A stretch of 20,000 bases of DNA, taken from an uncultured virus (IMG/VR IMGVR_UViG_3300033150_001690) (lineage: Duplodnaviria > Heunggongvirae > Uroviricota > Caudoviricetes). The stretch lies in IMG/VR virus record IMGVR_UViG_3300033150_001690. One strand, written 5' to 3'. The translations under genes and the position numbers were made by a program. The notes under the pieces were generated by a model, which was not told the origin of the DNA, did not search any database, and was given only the letters and a program-made list of their open reading frames with translations. Below are positions 15,388-20,000 of the stretch, piece after piece. Position 1 is the first letter of the stretch; every line of letters starts with the position of its first letter.

Positions 15388-15693
15388 ATGAGAGAAGTAT
15401 ATCTAGGTCTTAAAAATGGAAAACTATATTGTATATTTGAGGATAAAGAACAAGCTATAAATGATCCTACAGGAGAAACTGATTACGTTCTAGTGTTAGA
15501 TTCTTCAGATATTGAAACTCTCAAGCAATGGTTGGAAGAGAAGAAAAGAAGACTATACAAAATACTTATTAAAATTCCTGTAGAAGTTTTAGAGTCTAAT
15601 GCTAGAAAGATAGATAATATTCTTAACTATTTGAATGAAGAACTAGGAAAGGTTGATGAATCTATCGTGGTTGAAGAGTTAGGAGAAGTTTAA
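15388..15693 (+). CDS. hypothetical protein
   Basis: ATG 15388 after AGGAGG (track starts at 15358). Confidence 0.75.
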   Translation: MREVYLGLKNGKLYCIFEDKEQAINDPTGETDYVLVLDSSDIETLKQWLEEKKRRLYKILIKIPVEVLESNARKIDNILNYLNEELGKVDESIVVEELGEV

Positions 15694-15705
15694 GGAGGTG
15701 AAGAA

Positions 15706-15858
15706 ATGATAAGCTTCTTAATTTGGTTAGGTTTGGGGTGGTCCTTAGGGGGTTTAATAGGAAGTCTTATTCGAGGAAGGAAAGAAGAATTAGATGATAT
15801 AACGTTTAATAATCAAATGTTTGCTCTTCTTTGTGTGTTAGTAGGACTCTTTATATAA
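15706..15858 (+). CDS. 50-aa two-helix membrane protein (MISFLIWLGLGWSLGGLIGSLI...FALLCVLVGLFI)
   Basis: Translated by hand; AAGGAGGTGA RBS. Confidence 0.75.
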   Translation: MISFLIWLGLGWSLGGLIGSLIRGRKEELDDITFNNQMFALLCVLVGLFI

Positions 15859-15870
15859 GGAGGTGGATAA

Positions 15871-16107
15871 ATGAAGGGTTTTTGGAGATGGTTAATAGAC
15901 GGTCTTCTAGATCATTTAAATGAAATAAAGGAGTTCTTCTTTATTTGTCTAGGTCTATTTCTTCTAATAGATGCGTTCTGGTTGAGTGTTGTTATAAATC
16001 CAATTTGCTTATTACTTTTAATTCCTGGATCTCTAGTTCTTTTATATGGCTGTTATTTGATAGAAAAAGAGAGGGATAAAGAACTTGAAATATTCAGTAT
16101 TCAGTAG
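15871..16107 (+). CDS. small two-helix membrane protein
   Basis: Two hydrophobic stretches; AAGGAGGT RBS. Confidence 0.8.
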   Translation: MKGFWRWLIDGLLDHLNEIKEFFFICLGLFLLIDAFWLSVVINPICLLLLIPGSLVLLYGCYLIEKERDKELEIFSIQ

Positions 16108-16118
16108 AAGGTGAAGGA

Positions 16119-16319
16119 ATGAACTTAGAAGAAGTAAGAAGACTAGCTGAAGATCATTGGAAGTATACTTCAGAATTAATTGTTCATGTTTTAAGAATAT
16201 ATAATATTAAGATGGATGAAGAACTTCTAGAAACATTACACTTTCTTTATGTGGAAGCTATGATCCATGGTTATAAGCATGGTGTTGAAGATATGAAAAA
16301 TAAAATTAGAAGGAGGTGA
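16119..16319 (+). CDS. small hypothetical protein
   Basis: LAEDHWKY...AMIHGYKHG; AGGTGA RBS. Confidence 0.8.
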   Translation: MNLEEVRRLAEDHWKYTSELIVHVLRIYNIKMDEELLETLHFLYVEAMIHGYKHGVEDMKNKIRRR

Positions 16320-16618
16320 TAAAAATATCAGATGAAGAGATAGTTAGTCGAGTAGAAACAGTTCCACTTCCTAAGAAGAAAGGGAGGAATATTGCTGGAA
16401 AATGTTTAGAACTATTCAGGGAGTTCTTAGATAATCCAACAGATAAAATACTAAAGATAAGGGTTAAGGATATGGGTACAGGGATTACTAGTAACTTGGG
16501 AAGTATTTTAAAGGTCTGCTGGATGGAAATGAAGAATCATAATCCTGTTGTGGTTGATCTTCTTGACGTAGGGATGCGAGGAGAAGATTTGTATTTAGTC
16601 TTTCAGAAGAGAGAATAG
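16316..16618 (+). CDS. small basic protein, possibly DNA-binding
   Basis: LPKKKGRN...RGEDLYLVF; the track's GTG lies inside the RBS, so ATA 16325 is the likelier start. Confidence 0.7.
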   Translation: MIKISDEEIVSRVETVPLPKKKGRNIAGKCLELFREFLDNPTDKILKIRVKDMGTGITSNLGSILKVCWMEMKNHNPVVVDLLDVGMRGEDLYLVFQKRE

Positions 16619-16782
16619 AAAGACTATAGATCTCTTTGAAGGTATTAGGACATGTATGGTTTATAGTACCTGATTCTTCCCTTTTAACTATATATTTTTT
16701 GATCGTTATAAGTTCGATTCTTCATTCTTCCGAAGACATTTTATAGAAGTACTGAATAGTCTTCTCTTCCTGTTGATGATAC

Positions 16783-16977
16783 ATGAGAGAAACAGGCCTA
16801 GATTTATTAAATAAACGGGACTTAGAAATAATTCATATCTTATTAAAAGTAGTCTTCTTCTCTGAAGAACATCTTCCTGGTGACCTGGTCACTCTTTATT
16901 GGAAGGCTAAAGTAGACGAGTTAACTAATGAGATCTTATCTCTTGAAGAAATATATTCTAAGATTGGCCATAACTAA
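16783..16977 (+). CDS. small hypothetical protein
   Basis: ORF track; weak RBS. Confidence 0.55.
   Translation: MRETGLDLLNKRDLEIIHILLKVVFFSEEHLPGDLVTLYWKAKVDELTNEILSLEEIYSKIGHN
16881..16891. repeat. dispersed palindrome TGACCWGGTCA, copy 10
   Basis: GTGACCTGGTCAC, read as D-L-V. Confidence 0.9.
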
Positions 16978-16991
16978 GAAATATTTTTATA
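16978..16991 (+). promoter_or_regulatory. possible archaeal BRE/TATA promoter
   Basis: GAAATA-TTTTTATA about 50 nt upstream of ATG 17043. Confidence 0.4.
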
Positions 16992-17042
16992 CTTCTTCTG
17001 TGCGTTATATTGTAGTTAAAGAATAAGAAGGAGAATATAAAA

Positions 17043-17345
17043 ATGAAGTGTCCTAATTGTGGAAGAGAAGTTAAACATCCTACTAAAGTATGGAGAAAGT
17101 ATTATTATAAAGAAATAAAAGGGAAGAAGAAGACCATAGAAAAGATGGGTATATACAAAGAATTGTGTCCTTACTGTGGATGGACCCTTAAACAGAAGAA
17201 AATACCTGTTAAGACTTTTGAAGAGAAGGAGATTAAAACAGAGGATATCCTAGAACCTTATAGAAAGGCATTCAAGAGCATAGTGAAGGATCTTAGAGAG
17301 TACATTGACTATCTAGAAGAAGAATTTAGTTCTTTATGGGAGTAG
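17043..17345 (+). CDS. Zn-ribbon protein, Lys-rich
   Basis: MKCPNCG...CPYCG; AAGGAG RBS. Confidence 0.8.
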   Translation: MKCPNCGREVKHPTKVWRKYYYKEIKGKKKTIEKMGIYKELCPYCGWTLKQKKIPVKTFEEKEIKTEDILEPYRKAFKSIVKDLREYIDYLEEEFSSLWE

Positions 17346-17351
17346 AAGTAT

Positions 17352-18335
17352 TTGGATTTTGTTAGTATAGCAAATCATTTTCATAGACCGACTGATCTAT
17401 ATTCTAAACTAAAGAAACTAGAACCTTTTAGTCTCTCTTTTCACACAGACGCTGATGGGATTTATAGTGCTTCTCTACTGATGTCAGTGTTTCAGGTTAA
17501 AGAAGTAAAATGTCCTCCATTTAATGAGTATGAGACCCAAGTAGCAGTTGATCTTGGATATCCTAAGAAGAAGGACTGGTCAGGGGTAATAATAGACCAT
17601 CATTGGCTAGACTATCCTGAAGGAGTACTAAAGAATCCCAAGATAACCTGTGTATTAGATATTTGTCCTACAGGTCTGATTATATGGAAACATTTGAAGA
17701 ATTATATTCCTAAGAAGGACTGGTGGAAAGTAGTAGGATCTCTTACTGGAGATGGTCAACCTGAACTAGTACCAGATGAAATATGGGATGAATTTCCTAT
17801 ATTATTAGAAGAGAGAGGAGTATTAGGGAGAGGTCAATATAAAATATGGACCTCAGCATTTCCATTATTCTATTATCTATCTTCAGGAGTTAATGCTATA
17901 GCTAGACTAGGATTTCCTCTTCAGGCCTTAGATATTGTTAATCAAGCAGAAGGACCTTTAGATATTCTAGATCATCCCGAAGTAATAGACGCTGTTCAAA
18001 GAGTGAAGTCTGAAGAAGATAACATCTATAAGAGTAGACCTGTAGTGGAGACCATTAGAAATAGATATGTTATTATTAGAATAAAGACCAGTTCTCCAGC
18101 TATTAGTATGGCAGGTCTAATAGCTTCTAAGGTCTCTAACAATAACCCTGGTAAGACTATTATAGTTATGAATGAAAGTAATGGAGAGGTCAGTATTAGA
18201 GGAGTACAGGCCAGGTATGTTGCTAATAAATTAAATGCTTCAGGTTTTAAAGCAGGAGGTCATGCAGGTTTCTGTGGTAGTCATTTTGAAGAAGACGAGA
18301 TAGAAGACTTCATGCAGACTTTAAGGAAGTTGTAA
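17352..18335 (+). CDS. DHH/DHHA1 family phosphoesterase (RecJ/NrnA-like nuclease)
   Basis: HTDADG, VDLG, IIDHH, SIRG and GGH motifs. Confidence 0.9.
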   Translation: MDFVSIANHFHRPTDLYSKLKKLEPFSLSFHTDADGIYSASLLMSVFQVKEVKCPPFNEYETQVAVDLGYPKKKDWSGVIIDHHWLDYPEGVLKNPKITCVLDICPTGLIIWKHLKNYIPKKDWWKVVGSLTGDGQPELVPDEIWDEFPILLEERGVLGRGQYKIWTSAFPLFYYLSSGVNAIARLGFPLQALDIVNQAEGPLDILDHPEVIDAVQRVKSEEDNIYKSRPVVETIRNRYVIIRIKTSSPAISMAGLIASKVSNNNPGKTIIVMNESNGEVSIRGVQARYVANKLNASGFKAGGHAGFCGSHFEEDEIEDFMQTLRKL

Positions 18336-18337
18336 GT

Positions 18338-18562
18338 ATGAAGTTATCTCTTAGACAGAAACTAATAACATCCTCCTTTCTTCAAGGTCTAGGTCTGGGA
18401 GTATTAATTCATGACTATCTTCATGATATGTATGTCATTGGAGGGTATAAGGAAATATTATCTCTTCAGGGAGGATACTTTGGTATAGTGATCTTCCTTA
18501 TAGGTTGGATCATTATGTTTCCTATACTAATAAACAAACTTCCTAGGAGATGTGAAGAATGA
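18338..18562 (+). CDS. small membrane protein
   Basis: Two hydrophobic segments. Confidence 0.75.
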   Translation: MKLSLRQKLITSSFLQGLGLGVLIHDYLHDMYVIGGYKEILSLQGGYFGIVIFLIGWIIMFPILINKLPRRCEE

Positions 18563-18735
18563 CCTGGTCACTTAAGGTAGAATCGTTTGTATGGTGTCTA
18601 TATATAATGAAGGATCAATATATTGGGATCTTTAAGACCCCTGAAGATGCTCTGAGTTTTGCTAGAAGACACTATAGCAATATTCAGTATCATATAGAAC
18701 CTAAACCTGTGTTAACCTACAAAGGAGGAAGATAA
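18559..18735 (+). CDS. 58-aa hypothetical protein (MTWSLKVESF...YKGGR)
   Basis: Translated by hand; ATGA overlap, AGGAG RBS. Confidence 0.7.
   Translation: MTWSLKVESFVWCLYIMKDQYIGIFKTPEDALSFARRHYSNIQYHIEPKPVLTYKGGR
18560..18570. repeat. dispersed palindrome TGACCWGGTCA, copy 11
   Basis: TGACCTGGTCA at an ATGA gene junction: TGA stop of one gene, M-T-W-S start of the next. Confidence 0.9.
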
Positions 18736-18736
18736 A

Positions 18737-19033
18737 TTGAAGAAGCTTAAAAGACAACTGATGAGGTTAGTAGATGTTCTTAAGAAGAAGTTTCATAGGC
18801 ACTATTGGATTTATGTAAGAAGCGATCCAGATATGAAGATAATACAAGTTTATTATCAAGATCCTAAAACAGGAGAGATCTCTTCATTTCCAGAAGAAGG
18901 CTATATTGTTCAACACGAAGTAACAAAGGTTGGAGGGATATATCGTTGCAAGATCTGTGGAGAAGAAGTACGATACTGTGGTCTGTCTCCCTATCCAAGT
19001 GGAAACTCTCCTAGGGAGTGGGCATGGAAATGA
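18737..19033 (+). CDS. hypothetical protein with HxH...CxxC motif
   Basis: FHRHYW...CKICG; TTG after AGGAGG. Confidence 0.75.
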   Translation: MKKLKRQLMRLVDVLKKKFHRHYWIYVRSDPDMKIIQVYYQDPKTGEISSFPEEGYIVQHEVTKVGGIYRCKICGEEVRYCGLSPYPSGNSPREWAWK

Positions 19034-19128
19034 GGATCTGGACTACTGAAGTTTATGACTGGAAGGCTAAAAAGGATACAGACATTATCTTAAACTAGTT
19101 ATACATGTTCCTTTAGAAGGTGAAGAAA

Positions 19129-19350
19129 ATGAAAGAGGAAGATATATCAGAAGCATTTGAGAATATTAGAGAATATATAAACAGATGGGCTAAGTTAATG
19201 GATAAGTTGATCAGACATTATGAAGTATTTTTAAAGATCAGAGAAGAAATAAGTAAAGAGAGAAGTGAGCCTGAGTGGAGACCAGATCATTCACAAATAA
19301 TAACAATAGAAGAAAGTCTTTCTAAAGAGAAGAAGGAGAAGAGAAAATGA
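19129..19350 (+). CDS. small helical protein
   Basis: ATG 19129 after AGGTGA (track starts at 19120). Confidence 0.7.
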   Translation: MKEEDISEAFENIREYINRWAKLMDKLIRHYEVFLKIREEISKERSEPEWRPDHSQIITIEESLSKEKKEKRK

Positions 19351-19595
19351 ACTCGGTATATCAGAAGAAAGCCTTAGAGTTAGCACAATTACTTATGGAG
19401 GCACTTCGAGTAGCTTCTGACATTAATGAAGCTGACTCTCTATGGAAGGTAATTCATGAGAAGATAGAGAGTCTTGATCTTCCAGATCAGAAGTGTTTAG
19501 GATGTGGTGTTAGAATGAAGTATTGGGATTGGGCTATTAATCAAGGATATTGTAGAGATTGTATAGGTAAACTAGAGGAGATGGAAGAGCAATGA
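19347..19595 (+). CDS. small Zn-finger protein
   Basis: CLGC...CRDC; ATGA coupling. Confidence 0.8.
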   Translation: MNSVYQKKALELAQLLMEALRVASDINEADSLWKVIHEKIESLDLPDQKCLGCGVRMKYWDWAINQGYCRDCIGKLEEMEEQ

Positions 19596-19978
19596 TTACT
19601 TATGAAGAGTTTGTTAAGAGATTTAAAGACTATGAGCCATTAAACTGTTATACTGAGTTAGTTACTATTGAGAAGTGTCTTCATTGTAAGGAAGGTCTTA
19701 ACTCAGAGTTTCCATGTCCATTTAAAGTTCTTCTAGATGAACTAAAGGAGAGGTCTGAAAAGGAGCAGGTATATCCAGTGTTAAATAAAGAAGATCTTAA
19801 AAATCCACTTTATTTAGGACCTTTTAAAGAAATTCACTTCTCCTGTGGTCATTTCATATATAGTGAATTTTCTCAGTGGGAGAAAGGACAAGATACCTGG
19901 TGTCCATACTGTCGTAAAATGGTCAAAGTTGTAAAGATAATTGATAGAGTAACTGGAGAGGAGAAAGAGAGATTATGA
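19592..19978 (+). CDS. Cys-rich Zn-binding protein
   Basis: C...CLHC...CP and CGH...CPYC. Confidence 0.8.
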   Translation: MITYEEFVKRFKDYEPLNCYTELVTIEKCLHCKEGLNSEFPCPFKVLLDELKERSEKEQVYPVLNKEDLKNPLYLGPFKEIHFSCGHFIYSEFSQWEKGQDTWCPYCRKMVKVVKIIDRVTGEEKERL

Positions 19979-20000
19979 AATATTTAGTTAAACAAATAGG
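19975..20000 (+). CDS. 5' end of a truncated gene (MKYLVKQI...)
   Basis: ATGA overlap with the previous stop; runs off the window edge. Confidence 0.5.

Noticed and set aside
16700..16730. tRNA suggested by GTTCGATTC
   Set aside because: T-stem pairs only 3 bp, and no acceptor, D or anticodon arms can be built.
17560..17726. Short direct repeat CCTAAGAAG...GACTGGT in the DHH gene
   Set aside because: Two short copies encoding PKK(K)DW; no further structure, compatible with chance or a local duplication.
1100..18570. Palindrome copies as a CRISPR array, REP/MITE elements or transposon ends
   Set aside because: Only 11 bp long, kilobases apart, in frame within intact genes, with no shared flanks or target duplications.
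19030..19116. 22-aa ORF MRIWTTEVYDWKAKKDTDIILN
   Set aside because: Has an ATGA overlap but is too short to support; may be a decayed gene.
1..20000. Genome-wide stop-codon reassignment
   Set aside because: TGA, TAG and TAA all end genes at tight junctions with the next RBS or start, and the long enzymes are uninterrupted in the standard code.

Overview
AT-rich, purine-skewed window of about 55 densely packed genes, all on the + strand. Most are short, many carry Cys-rich Zn-ribbon or C2H2 motifs, and they are linked by ATGA/TAATG overlaps and GGAGG/GGAGGTGA ribosome-binding sites. This layout, plus a short ERCC4(XPF)-HhH nuclease and TATA-like boxes, suggests an accessory/early region of a large archaeal virus or other archaeal mobile element. 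That is an inference: no capsid, terminase or polymerase is visible. Recognisable enzymes are (i) an amide/peptide-ligase cluster at 4720-10553 (ATP-grasp ligase, glutamate-cysteine-ligase-2-like COOH-NH2 ligase, an unknown Cys-rich protein, a class II glutamine amidotransferase with Zn fingers, and a second ATP-grasp that looks catalytically degenerate), (ii) a P-loop ATPase with FtsK/HerA/A32-like motifs between an AbrB-like gene and a small membrane protein, (iii) an ERCC4 nuclease and (iv) a DHH/DHHA1 phosphoesterase. The strongest unexplained signals are at nucleic-acid level. An 11-bp interrupted palindrome, TGACCWGGTCA, occurs 11 times exactly, mostly inside unrelated genes. Two intergenic hairpins have bulge-helix-bulge/loop-like geometry typical of archaeal splicing-endonuclease substrates. 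There is also a membrane-protein ORF interrupted by one in-frame TGA and several probable ATA start codons.
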